A DNA stretch of 64,000 bases, taken from contig JACQAG010000054.1 in assembly GCA_016195085.1 (NCBI GenBank), positions 7,045 to 71,044 of the forward strand. The letters are read 5' to 3'. Positions 55,048 through 64,000 of this stretch are shown here, one piece after another. The position numbers and the translations under genes were made by a program. The DNA comes from Pseudomonadota bacterium (GTDB lineage: Bacteria; Pseudomonadota; Alphaproteobacteria; SHVZ01). Within the stretch, counting starts at the first letter, position 1. Every line of letters begins with the position of its first letter. Under the pieces are notes generated by a model that was not told where the DNA came from, ran no database searches, and worked only from the letters and a program-made list of their open reading frames with translations.

Positions 55048-56220
55048 TCAATTGCAGGTGCGGTCGAGCACGTGGTGCAGGCGTTCGATCTGCGCCGTGA
55101 GGTCGGTCGGATGGTTGCCGACGAAGAAGCCGTGGTCGTGAGCGGTATCCGCGTTCGGCGTCGACCCGCCCACGACCTCGTAGTCGAAATACTTGATGGC
55201 GGGATGCCTGAGGAAATTGCCGCCGGTGATGATGCGGAAGCCGATATCGGCTTCCTTGAGCGCGGCGAACACCCGCTCGCGCGCGATGTTGCGCTCGGGG
55301 TTGAGGATGATGGTGAAGGAGAAGGCGGAGCTCTTGCCGTTCTCGCGCTGGATGATGAAGCGGGGATCCTTGCCCAGGAGCTGGTGAAACAGCGCCATGT
55401 TCCGGCGCCGCTGCACGGTCATTCCCGGCAGCTTCTTCAGCTGCTCCACGCCGATCGCTCCCGAAAGCTCGATCGGCCGCACATTGTAGCCGGGCATGAT
55501 GAACTTATAGGCTTCGTAGAAGTCGCTTCCCGAACGGCGATAGACCGGGCTGTCGGGCGGCAGATCGCGGGTCCAGCCGTGGTTGCGGATGACACGCATG
55601 AGATGCGCGAGCTCCGTATCGTCGGTGATCACCATCCCGCCTTCCATGGTCGAGATGTGGTGGGAGAAGAAGGTGCTGTGCGTACCGACATCGCCGAAGG
55701 TGCCAGCCTTGCGGCCCGCCAGCTCGGCATCCATGGACTCGCAATTGTCTTCCATGAAGAACAGGCCCTGCGCGTCGGCGAAGCGCCGCATGGCGTCGAG
55801 CGCAGCCGGATTCCCGAGGATCGAGACGGCAAGGATCATGCGCGTGCGGGCCCCAAGCGCGGCCTCGAGCTTGGAGACATCCATGTTGAGGGTCTCGAGC
55901 TCGACATCGACGAACTTCAGCTTGAGGCCGTATTGCTGCAGGGGATGATAGGTGGTGCTCCAGGAAATGGCGGGCACGATCACCTCGTCGCCGCGCTGGA
56001 GAGGTCTGTCCTTCTTGTGGAAGAAGGCCGCGACCGCCACCAGGTTGGCCGAGGATCCGGAGTTCACCATGACCGCATGCTTGGCGCCGAAATAGGCGGC
56101 GAACGCCTCCTCGAAGGCGCGCACATTCGGACCCATGGTGAACTGTCCCGACGCGATCACACGGTTGATCGCCTCGATCTCCTCCTGGCCCCAGGTCGGG
56201 GTGGCGAGCTCGTAGAACAT
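55048..56220 (-). CDS. colD: PLP-dependent DegT-family enzyme, GDP-4-keto-6-deoxymannose 3-dehydratase (ColD) type
   Basis: MVNSGSSANL, EDNCESM, STFFSHHISTMEGG with His at the Schiff-base Lys position (ColD/E1-type), PGYNVRP, GFFVGNH. Confidence 0.8.
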   Translation of the reverse strand: MFYELATPTWGQEEIEAINRVIASGQFTMGPNVRAFEEAFAAYFGAKHAVMVNSGSSANLVAVAAFFHKKDRPLQRGDEVIVPAISWSTTYHPLQQYGLKLKFVDVELETLNMDVSKLEAALGARTRMILAVSILGNPAALDAMRRFADAQGLFFMEDNCESMDAELAGRKAGTFGDVGTHSTFFSHHISTMEGGMVITDDTELAHLMRVIRNHGWTRDLPPDSPVYRRSGSDFYEAYKFIMPGYNVRPIELSGAIGVEQLKKLPGMTVQRRRNMALFHQLLGKDPRFIIQRENGKSSAFSFTIILNPERNIARERVFAALKEADIGFRIITGGNFLRHPAIKYFDYEVVGGSTPNADTAHDHGFFVGNHPTDLTAQIERLHHVLDRTCN

Positions 56221-56260
56221 CCTCACCCCGCCTTGCGCGTCATTGCCACGTGCGAGACCA

Positions 56261-57334
56261 TCAGAAGGGTCCGCGGAACTGGCTCTGGTAAGCGAGCTTG
56301 GCGCGCTCCGGATCGGGCCGCCAGGATTTGTCCTTCGGCTTGACCATGCGGTGTGCCGTCTCGGCGATCGTGCCGGGATTAGGGTAATAGAGCGCTTCCA
56401 GCGCCGGCGTCGTCGGGCAGGTCGTCGGCATGAAGCCCATGCGTTTGACGGCGATCCCGGCCTCCGACCCTACCTCCTCGAAGACCCGGGCGACGATTTC
56501 AGCCGAGGCCCCGCCGCAGGTCCAGGCATTGTCGACGACCAGAAGGCGCTTCGTGCGACGCGCCGAGGCGATGATGGTGTCCACGTCGAGCGGCACCAGG
56601 CTGATGGGATCGATCACTTCGGCGCGAATGCCGACCTCGGCCAGGAGCTCGGCCGATCTGAGGCACTCGACCACCATGTTGGACACGCCGACCATGGTTA
56701 TGTCGTCGCCCTTCATTGCCACCCGCCCCTTGCCGAGCGGCACCGTGAAGGGCGCCTCAGGCGTATAGGCTTCGGTCGGATAGAGGAGGCGGTGCTCGAC
56801 GAAGATCGTCGGGTTGTCGTCTCGAATGGCTGCGATGAGGCAGCCCTTGGCGTCATGGGCGTTGGACGGTGCGACGACCTTGAGGCCCGGCACATGCATG
56901 AACATGGCATGCAGACCCTGGCTGTGCTGCGCGCCTTGGCCCCAGGATTTGCCGATCATGCTGCGCACCACCATCGGCACCTTGACCGAGCCGCCATACA
57001 TGTAATGAGCCTTGGCGGCCATGTTGATGAGCTGGTTCATGCACAGCATGAGGAAGTCCATGCGGATGTGCACATGGATCGGCCGCATGCCGGCCATCGC
57101 CGCGCCGATCGCCATGCCCGACATCGCGTCTTCGGAGAGCGGCGTGTTGAATACGCGATCGCGACCGAAGCGCTGCTGCAATCCGAGGGTCGAGCCTTGA
57201 ATGCCCTTGGGATCGTCCACGTCGAGCCCGAACAGGAAGACCGAAGGGTCCCGCTCCATTTCTTGGATCACCGCTTCCTTGAGCGCATCCACATAGCGCA
57301 GGATGCGGCCGGGATGCGCCGCTTCAGGAGGCAT
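56261..57334 (-). CDS. ThDP-dependent E1 beta-like subunit
   Basis: RVFNTPLSE, GMRPI, GAQHSQ, PGLKVV.PSN..DAKG, DDNP.IFVEH. Confidence 0.9.
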   Translation of the reverse strand: MPPEAAHPGRILRYVDALKEAVIQEMERDPSVFLFGLDVDDPKGIQGSTLGLQQRFGRDRVFNTPLSEDAMSGMAIGAAMAGMRPIHVHIRMDFLMLCMNQLINMAAKAHYMYGGSVKVPMVVRSMIGKSWGQGAQHSQGLHAMFMHVPGLKVVAPSNAHDAKGCLIAAIRDDNPTIFVEHRLLYPTEAYTPEAPFTVPLGKGRVAMKGDDITMVGVSNMVVECLRSAELLAEVGIRAEVIDPISLVPLDVDTIIASARRTKRLLVVDNAWTCGGASAEIVARVFEEVGSEAGIAVKRMGFMPTTCPTTPALEALYYPNPGTIAETAHRMVKPKDKSWRPDPERAKLAYQSQFRGPF

Positions 57335-58298
57335 AGACCTGCTCCATCAGCTCGCGGGGCTCCGGGAACGGGCTCTCCTCGGCAAATCGGATCGCCTCCG
57401 CGACGAGCGTCTCGACCTCGCGATCGACGGCGGCGCGGGCTGTGGCATCGAGCGCTCGGCCGGCGCTCTCCACCTGATCGGTGCTGCGCCAGCGCTCGAG
57501 CTCGTCCTTGCCGCGATAGCCGATGTGGTAGTCCTCGCCGGGCCCGACATGCTCCTTCCAGCGGTAAACATGGGCCTCGATGAACACTGGACCGGAAGCG
57601 CCACTGCGCATGGCGGCGACGGCCTCCGCGGTCGCCGATCGGATGGCGAAGACGTCCCCGTCGGCGATCTTGTGCGCCGGGATGCCGAAGGTCTCGACGC
57701 GCTCGCAGAGCCGATCGGTCGCCCAACGCTTCGATTGTGGAGTGTGGATCGCGTAAAAATTGTTCTCGCAGACGAACAGCATCGGCAGGCGATGCAGGCT
57801 CGCGAAGTTGAGGGACTCGTAGAACACGCCCTCCTCGGTCGCCCCGTCGCCGAAGAAGGCGGCTACCACCTGTCCCTTGCCGCGGCGCTTGTAGGCGAGC
57901 GCGTAGCCCATGGCGATCGGCACGGTGGTTCCGACGACGGCGGAGGTGCCCAGCACGTTGGCCGCCATGTCGACGAGATGCATGGAGCCGCCCTTGCCGC
58001 GGGCGCAGCCGGTCGCCTTGCCATAGAGCTCGGCGAACATGCCCTTGAGGTTGCCGCCCTTGGCTAGATAGGTGGCGTGGCCCCGATAGGTGCCCGATAC
58101 GGCATCATCGGCGCGGAGCGCATCGCACACTCCCACCGCCACGGACTCCTGGCCGATCGATAGATGCACCGGGCTTTTGATCTTGTCCGTGGGGTAGATG
58201 CGCGCCACTTCCTCTTCGGCGCGCCGGATCAGCCGCAACGACCGGTAGATGCGCGTGAGGTCGGCTTTGCTGAGATCGGAAAGGTTGGGTTTCGCCAC
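57324..58298 (-). CDS. ThDP-dependent E1 alpha-like subunit
   Basis: GTG 58298 with GAGG RBS; HLSIGQE, YRGH, GKGGSMH, GDGATEEG..ENN ThDP motif. Confidence 0.9.
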   Translation of the reverse strand: MAKPNLSDLSKADLTRIYRSLRLIRRAEEEVARIYPTDKIKSPVHLSIGQESVAVGVCDALRADDAVSGTYRGHATYLAKGGNLKGMFAELYGKATGCARGKGGSMHLVDMAANVLGTSAVVGTTVPIAMGYALAYKRRGKGQVVAAFFGDGATEEGVFYESLNFASLHRLPMLFVCENNFYAIHTPQSKRWATDRLCERVETFGIPAHKIADGDVFAIRSATAEAVAAMRSGASGPVFIEAHVYRWKEHVGPGEDYHIGYRGKDELERWRSTDQVESAGRALDATARAAVDREVETLVAEAIRFAEESPFPEPRELMEQVYAS

Positions 58299-58402
58299 GC
58301 CATAGCCTCGTCGCCTGCCGCCGGCGACCATGCAAAATGCGATCCGCGGACTCTCGCTCCTACTATCAGAGCCACCGGCGAGCGTACAGGTCTTTGTACC
58401 GC

Positions 58403-60436
58403 TCAAGGCCCCTCGAGCGTGATCGCCCGGGCCGGAGCGCCGCTTTGATAGATACGCCACGCCTCGGTGTAGGCTCGCTCGAGATTGCGCGCGAGGCGGG
58501 CTGAGTCGAATAGCGGGTGGGTCTCGCGGTTGCGTCTGAGCTGCGCCTTCAGCCGGGCCATCTCGACCGGAGATTGGGCGAGCTCGACCGCCATCGCCTC
58601 GAAGCCGGCGACCGTCGTGGCGGACAGCTCCTCCATGCCGATGCCCGCATTGAGGCTGGCGCCGACGCGGGCGGGCATGGTCTCGCCGATGAGGGTGAGC
58701 ACCGGTAGCCCGGCCCAGAGCGCATCCAGGCTGGTCACGCCCGAGGTGTAGAGGAAGGTGTCGATGAACAGGTCGGCGAGGCTGAGCCGCGCCAGGTGGT
58801 CGGCCTTGGCCGGTGGCGGCGGCGTGAAGACCAGCCGTTCCGGCTCGATTCCGGCGGCGGCGGCAGCGCGTCTGAGATTGCGCGCGCCGACCGGGTCGTA
58901 GTCATTGAGCCACAGGACCGCGTTCGGGATCCGCGCCAGGATACGCATCCACGCGGCAAAGGCCGTGGGGTCGATCTTGTAGAAGCCACCGAAATTCGCC
59001 AACACGAAGCCGTGCGCAGGCAGACCCCATTTGCCCCGATCGGACTCCGGCATCGCCATGTCGAGGGGCGGGGCAGGGTAGTAGCTGGGCGGCAACCTGA
59101 TCAGCTTTTCGGAATAGAAGGCATCGATTCCCGGTCCGAACAAGACGCTGTCGCCGATGACGTAGTCCACGAAGTCGGTGCCGGTCGGCCCGACATAGCA
59201 ATGGTGCAGCATTTGCAGCGGCGCAATCCGCTGGCTCATGACCGAAAGCGACAAGAGCCCGTCATTGCCGGAGAGATAGCCGTCAAGGTCGACCAGGATA
59301 TCGAGCCCATCGGCGGCGATCGCGCGTTGAAAGGCTTCACGGTCCGCGCCATCGACCGCGCGGAAGGCATGCGCCGCCGCGGCTAGCCGCTCTTGCAGGC
59401 GATCGTCGGCTCGAGTCGAGTAGAGGTAGACCTCGAAGGCGTCGCGATCATGCGCGGCGACGATGGGCAGCTGTGCCGCGCCGATGTGGTGGTCCCAAAG
59501 CTTGCTCGACAGGTATCCCAGCCGAATCCGCCCTCGGCCGGTCCTGCGATCCGCCGGCCATGCCGGTTCGCGTGGCGCAAATCGGTGCCGGGCGAAGTGG
59601 CGCGCGGCCTCGAAGAGCGTCCTGCTGTCCACCGCCAGAAACAGGAACAGGACGGGATTGACCAGGAAGCGGGCACTGTCCTCTTCGATCGCCGCCCGCA
59701 CGAGCTCGCCCACGCGCCTTGTGTAGTCGCGACGGGTCGGCCAATCCGCCTGATTCAGCATGTGGAAATAGTAGATATGCTCGTGGAATTGCGGGTTGCC
59801 AAAGTCGAGATCGACCGCCCGCTGCATCAAGGCGACACCCCGTTCCTTCTCGCCCAGCAGGTAGAGATTTCGGCCGGCGAGGAACTGCAGCTCCGGGATC
59901 TCGGATCCCAGCATCGCCACCCGCTGCATGTGCGCGATCGCCGACGCGCGCTGCGCCAGATTGAAGGCGCTCTGACCAAGAGCCACCTGCGGAAGCATGG
60001 CTGCGGGGGCGAGCGCAAGCTGCCGGCGGCCGGCGGTGACCGCCATCCGGTCCTCCCTCAGGGCGGTTGCCACGCGGGCGATTTCGCCCTCCAGCGTCGC
60101 GCTGTCTGGGTGGAGCGTGCGTGCGCGAACGAGAATCGCAAGGGTGGCTCTCGCGCGGTTCGAGGCGATACTAAGCGAGCCCAGATGCTCGATGGCTTCC
60201 AGCGAGGCCAGGGAAACCGCAAGCCCGCGCCAATAGCCGGCAATGGCGCTGCCTGCATCGCCGCGGCGTTCGGCGTCGAGTGCCAGCTGGAATCGGCTTG
60301 GCGAGTCCGCGGGCGCAAGCGCAAGGACCCGCCTCAGCGCCGCGCAGGCTTCAGCGCTCTGGCCGCGGGTCGTGTATGCCGAGGCGAGGTGCCGCCAACG
60401 CCGCAATAGCCCGGCATCGTCCGTTGTCTCTGCCAA
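58403..60436 (-). CDS. TPR + GT41 glycosyltransferase #10 (SEC/OGT-like motif subtype)
   Basis: TTG 60436 after GGAGG (ORF open to 60511); GYLSSKLWDHHIG, VDLDGY, YSEKLIRLP, ANFGGFYKIDP, DTFLYTSGVTSLDALWAGLPV, PLFD. Confidence 0.85.
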   Translation of the reverse strand: MAETTDDAGLLRRWRHLASAYTTRGQSAEACAALRRVLALAPADSPSRFQLALDAERRGDAGSAIAGYWRGLAVSLASLEAIEHLGSLSIASNRARATLAILVRARTLHPDSATLEGEIARVATALREDRMAVTAGRRQLALAPAAMLPQVALGQSAFNLAQRASAIAHMQRVAMLGSEIPELQFLAGRNLYLLGEKERGVALMQRAVDLDFGNPQFHEHIYYFHMLNQADWPTRRDYTRRVGELVRAAIEEDSARFLVNPVLFLFLAVDSRTLFEAARHFARHRFAPREPAWPADRRTGRGRIRLGYLSSKLWDHHIGAAQLPIVAAHDRDAFEVYLYSTRADDRLQERLAAAAHAFRAVDGADREAFQRAIAADGLDILVDLDGYLSGNDGLLSLSVMSQRIAPLQMLHHCYVGPTGTDFVDYVIGDSVLFGPGIDAFYSEKLIRLPPSYYPAPPLDMAMPESDRGKWGLPAHGFVLANFGGFYKIDPTAFAAWMRILARIPNAVLWLNDYDPVGARNLRRAAAAAGIEPERLVFTPPPPAKADHLARLSLADLFIDTFLYTSGVTSLDALWAGLPVLTLIGETMPARVGASLNAGIGMEELSATTVAGFEAMAVELAQSPVEMARLKAQLRRNRETHPLFDSARLARNLERAYTEAWRIYQSGAPARAITLEGP

Positions 60437-60576
60437 CCAGCCTCCCAGCGAGTTGCCTTGAAGATATCGGCAACCCCACGGCCTGTGCCACAATTGCTGT
60501 TGTTGACCCATTGCAATCTACGCTATCGACGGCTCCGTCCCGCGCGGCTGCCACTCGCGAGGCGGAACTAACGCCT

Positions 60577-62538
60577 ATGGACGTCATCGATCGATCGATC
60601 AAAGCGGCGCTGCGCCTCTACAACGACGGCAACCCGGATGCGGCCGAGCAAGTATGCAGGGGCATTCTCAAGGTCGAGCCGACCAATGCCGAGGTTCTGC
60701 ATCTCCTGGCGCAGTTCGACTGTCGCCTCGGGCGGGCGCGGCGCGCGGCCGGAATCGCCCGCCAGGCGATCGCGCTGGAGCCGGCACGGGCAAAATTTCT
60801 GCTGACCCTAGGGACCGCCGAACAGGAGATGCGCAACGAGAAGGCCGCTGGCGACGGCTACCGGCGCTCCATCGCCGTCGATATCGAGCACGCTGAAGCC
60901 CATCTCAATTTAGGCGCGTTGCAGCCGATTCGAAGCAAGAGCGCACGCGCCTGCTGGCGACGGGCGGCGGTGTTGCGCCCTGATCTTCCCGAGGTCCACA
61001 ACAATTTGGCGGGCAGGGCGCTCGCCAGCGCCAAGGTCGTCGAAGCCGAGCGGCGTTTCGGCCGCGCTCTGTCGCTGCGGCCAAGCTACCCGCAAGCGTG
61101 GAATGGCCTCGCCAGCGCGGCAGGAGCGACCGGAGCCATGCATCGCTCGTTGCTGGCGGCGCGCCGGGCGCTGGCTCTGGCGCCGGCCTTTGCCGAAGCC
61201 ATGAACAATCAAGGCACCATCCTGGTGGCGGCGGGCGCGGTTGGACCTGCCGTGCGGTGGCTTTCGCGAGCGGTGGCGACTGCGCCGGGTTATGCCGATG
61301 CCGGCAGCAATTTGCTCTTTGCCTTTGCCTACGACGACTCGATCGCCCTCGCGGCGCTGTTCGCCGCGCAGCTCGCCTGGGCGAAGCGACACGCGCCCGT
61401 GCTACGGCCGCTCGAGACACGCCACGGCAATGCGCCGGAACCGGAGCGTCGCCTGCGCGTGGGCTATGTCTCGGCGGATTTTCGCGAGCACCCGATTGCT
61501 TGGAATGTCGAGGGTTTGTTCGAGCACCACGATCGGCGGAGCGTCGAGCTCCATCTCTATTCCTCGACCGTCAGCGCGGATCGAACGACGGAGCGGCTGC
61601 GCCGCCTGGCCGAGCACTGGCACGATGCAACCGACCTCGGAGCGGCGGATATCGCCGAGGCAGTGCGCCGCGACGGCATCGACGTGCTGGTGAGTCTGGC
61701 GCCGCACACCGCCTCCAATCGGCCGCTGTTCATGGCCTACCGGCCAGCGCCGGTCCAGGTGGCTTTCCACGGCATCGGCTCGACCGGCCTCGAGGCAGTC
61801 TCCTATTGGATCACCGATCCGGTCCTGCACCCCGAGGACAGCCGGGAAGCCTTCACCGAGGAGCTCGTGCGCCTGCCGTGCTTCTATCTGCATCGCCCGC
61901 CCGAGGACGCCCCCGAGCCGAGCGGCGTGCCCAGCCTCGCCTTGGGGGCGATAACCTTCGGTTCCTGCAACAACCCGGCGAAGCTCTCGCCGGCGGCCGT
62001 CAGGCTGTGGGCAGAGGTGCTGCGAGCCTTGCCCGCCAGCCGCCTGCTGGTGAAATACGTCGATCGATTCCGCGATCCCTTGGCCGCGCGGCGTCTGCTC
62101 GAGGCATTCGCGGCATACGGCATTGGCGAGGAGCGCATTGTCCGCTCGGGCGGTCTCTTGGATCGTCGCGGCCAGCTCGAGCTGCTGAGCAGCGTCGACA
62201 TTGCCCTCGACCCCGTGCCGTTCAACGGCTCGACCACCAGTTTCGAGGCGCTGTGGATGGGAGTGCCCCTGGTGACCTTGCTGGGGGATCGGTTTGTCGG
62301 GCGGGTCGGAGCGAGCTTGCTCCAGCAAGTCGGGTTGGCAGACCTCATCGCCCGGACGCCGGCGGACTACGTCGCGATCGCCGCTCGGCTCGCGGGCGAT
62401 GGACAGCGTCTGAAGGCGTTGCGTGCCTCGCTCAGGCAGCGAGTCGCCGCATCGCCGCTATGCGATGCGCCGGCGCATGCGCGTTCGATCGACGCGGCCT
62501 ACCGCATGATGTGGCGGCGATGGTGCCGCCGTCCGTGA
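60577..62538 (+). CDS. TPR + GT41 glycosyltransferase #11
   Basis: ATG 60577; GYVSADFREHPI, FGSCNNPAK, DPVPFNGSTTSFEALWMG, WRRWC. Confidence 0.9.
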   Translation: MDVIDRSIKAALRLYNDGNPDAAEQVCRGILKVEPTNAEVLHLLAQFDCRLGRARRAAGIARQAIALEPARAKFLLTLGTAEQEMRNEKAAGDGYRRSIAVDIEHAEAHLNLGALQPIRSKSARACWRRAAVLRPDLPEVHNNLAGRALASAKVVEAERRFGRALSLRPSYPQAWNGLASAAGATGAMHRSLLAARRALALAPAFAEAMNNQGTILVAAGAVGPAVRWLSRAVATAPGYADAGSNLLFAFAYDDSIALAALFAAQLAWAKRHAPVLRPLETRHGNAPEPERRLRVGYVSADFREHPIAWNVEGLFEHHDRRSVELHLYSSTVSADRTTERLRRLAEHWHDATDLGAADIAEAVRRDGIDVLVSLAPHTASNRPLFMAYRPAPVQVAFHGIGSTGLEAVSYWITDPVLHPEDSREAFTEELVRLPCFYLHRPPEDAPEPSGVPSLALGAITFGSCNNPAKLSPAAVRLWAEVLRALPASRLLVKYVDRFRDPLAARRLLEAFAAYGIGEERIVRSGGLLDRRGQLELLSSVDIALDPVPFNGSTTSFEALWMGVPLVTLLGDRFVGRVGASLLQQVGLADLIARTPADYVAIAARLAGDGQRLKALRASLRQRVAASPLCDAPAHARSIDAAYRMMWRRWCRRP

Positions 62539-64000
62539 CCTCGATCATGCAGCGAGGACTGGATGAGCACCGCGCCGGCCGCCTTGCCCAGGCGGAGAGC
62601 TGTTATCGAGAAGCGCTGGCCGGCGATCCCGACAATCCCGACGCGCTGCATCTCCTCGGCGTCATCGAGCTCGATCGCGGCAACATCGAAGCGGCACTTG
62701 GCCTGATCGGCCGCGCGGTCGAGCGCGACGATCGGCGCGGAGAGTTCCGCGTCAATCTCGCCAATGCCCTGCAGGCGGCCGGGCGGCGGGCCGACGCGCT
62801 CGTCCAATATCGACGCGCGATCCAGCTGATGCCGCTCTCCCCGGAAGCCCGCAACAACATGGGCGCGGCATTGCTGGCAGGGGGCGACTTCACCCAGGCC
62901 GTCGCCAGCCTGAAATCGGCGATCGCCATCCGGCGCGACTATGGCGAGGCGCACTACAATCTGGGCACGGCGCTTGGCAACCTCGACCGATACCAGGCGG
63001 CGCTGGCGGAGTTTCGGATCGCGCTGGCGCTGCTCCCCGCCCATGCCGGCGCCTGGACCAATCTCGGCTTCGCCTGCCACAATCTAGGCGATGCACCGAC
63101 GGCGGTCGCCTGCATCGGTCGCGCCGTTCGGCTCCGCCCGGACCATCCTGGAACCCGCACGAATCTCATCAGCGCCATGCGTCTGGTCGATGGGATCGGT
63201 CCCGGCGAGGAGCTGGCGGAGTGCACGGAATTCGGCAGGCGCTTCGGCGCTCCGCTGGCAGGGGCGCTGCCTGAGCTGGGGCGCGATCGCAATCCGGACC
63301 GTCGATTGCGGGTGGGCTATGTCGCCGCCGACGGGTTTCGCCTGCACACCGCGTCCGTCAGCATCTTGCCGCTGATGGAAGCCCAGGAGCGGCAAGGTTT
63401 CGAGTTGTTCTGCTATTCCGATGTCACCACCGCCAAGGAAGACGGGGTGACGGCACGGTATCGCGCCTGCGCATCGGAGTACCGGATGACGGCGGGGCTC
63501 GACGATCACGCCTTGGCCGAGCGAATTCGCGGCGACGCTATCGACGTGCTCGTGGACGTCATCGGCTATCCAAGCGGCTCGCGGCTGTTGGCTTTGGCGC
63601 GGCGGCCGGCGCCGGTGCAGGTGAACTTGCTCTTGATGGGCAGCTTCGGGCTGCCGGCGGTGGGGTGGGCGATCAGCGATGAGATATTGACGCCTGCCGG
63701 CAGTGAGCGGTGGTTCGTCGAGCGCCTCTACAGGCTGCCGTTCGGCTTTTGCTACGACCCGTTGGTTCCGACGCCCGCGGTCGCCCCGGCGCCGAGCACC
63801 GGCGGGGCAGGGATCGTGTTCGGGAGCATGAACCAGCCGGCCAAGCTGTCGCCGTCGACGATCGCGGCATGGAGCGAGATATTGCGGCGTGTTCCGGATG
63901 CGCGGCTGCTGTTGAGAGGCCGGGCCTATGGAGATCCGGCAATCGCCGAACGGTTGCGCGGCGTCTTCGAGCAGCACGGCGTCCAACGCCAACGGCTCGA
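62535..64000 (+). CDS. TPR + GT41 glycosyltransferase #12 (truncated by the window edge; same subtype as #2)
   Basis: Not in the ORF track; translated by hand from GTG 62535 (GTGA overlap): MTSIMQRGLDEHRAGRLAQAESCY..DALHLLG; GYVAADGFRLHTAS, DVIGYPSGSRL, FGSMNQPAK. Confidence 0.88.
   Translation, partial: MTSIMQRGLDEHRAGRLAQAESCYREALAGDPDNPDALHLLGVIELDRGNIEAALGLIGRAVERDDRRGEFRVNLANALQAAGRRADALVQYRRAIQLMPLSPEARNNMGAALLAGGDFTQAVASLKSAIAIRRDYGEAHYNLGTALGNLDRYQAALAEFRIALALLPAHAGAWTNLGFACHNLGDAPTAVACIGRAVRLRPDHPGTRTNLISAMRLVDGIGPGEELAECTEFGRRFGAPLAGALPELGRDRNPDRRLRVGYVAADGFRLHTASVSILPLMEAQERQGFELFCYSDVTTAKEDGVTARYRACASEYRMTAGLDDHALAERIRGDAIDVLVDVIGYPSGSRLLALARRPAPVQVNLLLMGSFGLPAVGWAISDEILTPAGSERWFVERLYRLPFGFCYDPLVPTPAVAPAPSTGGAGIVFGSMNQPAKLSPSTIAAWSEILRRVPDARLLLRGRAYGDPAIAERLRGVFEQHGVQRQRL

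Noticed and set aside
56261..58298. Housekeeping pyruvate or acetoin dehydrogenase
   Set aside because: No E2/E3 genes or lipoyl domain nearby; embedded in a nucleotide-sugar operon
21026..64000. Island as a mobile element or prophage
   Set aside because: No integrase, transposase, tRNA or att-like repeats seen, and composition resembles the flanking core genes

Overview
High-GC alphaproteobacterial (Rhodospirillales-like) chromosomal window with three parts. (1) 1-3.4 kb: an NAD-dependent formate dehydrogenase (alpha subunit truncated by the window edge, plus a fused NuoE/NuoF-type beta subunit) and a DUF3553-like gene. (2) 3.4-27.8 kb: chpT/ctrA and a polar flagellar cluster (fliI-fliJ; fliF-fliG-fliH-fliN-motA-flbD-flhA-flhF-flhG-FliK-like; fliK-flgD-flgE with a sigma54 promoter and an FlbD-type enhancer). 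(3) 21-64 kb, interleaved with and following the flagellar genes: a large glycosylation island. It holds 12 paralogous TPR + GT41 (O-GlcNAc transferase/SPINDLY/HMW1C family) protein glycosyltransferases in about five motif subtypes, all keeping the catalytic His and Lys. It also holds a GT-B glycosyltransferase, an FkbM methyltransferase, a cobalamin-dependent radical SAM enzyme, two atypical SDRs and a GDP-sugar operon (ThDP E1 alpha/beta without E2, ColD-type 3-dehydratase, SDR, Fcl-like, HddC, HddA). The best candidate for an undescribed system is this island: a multi-enzyme, probably flagellum-linked, cytoplasmic protein glycosylation system using unusual (branched, deoxy, methylated) GDP-sugars. 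All assignments come from reading motifs by eye; no database searches were run.
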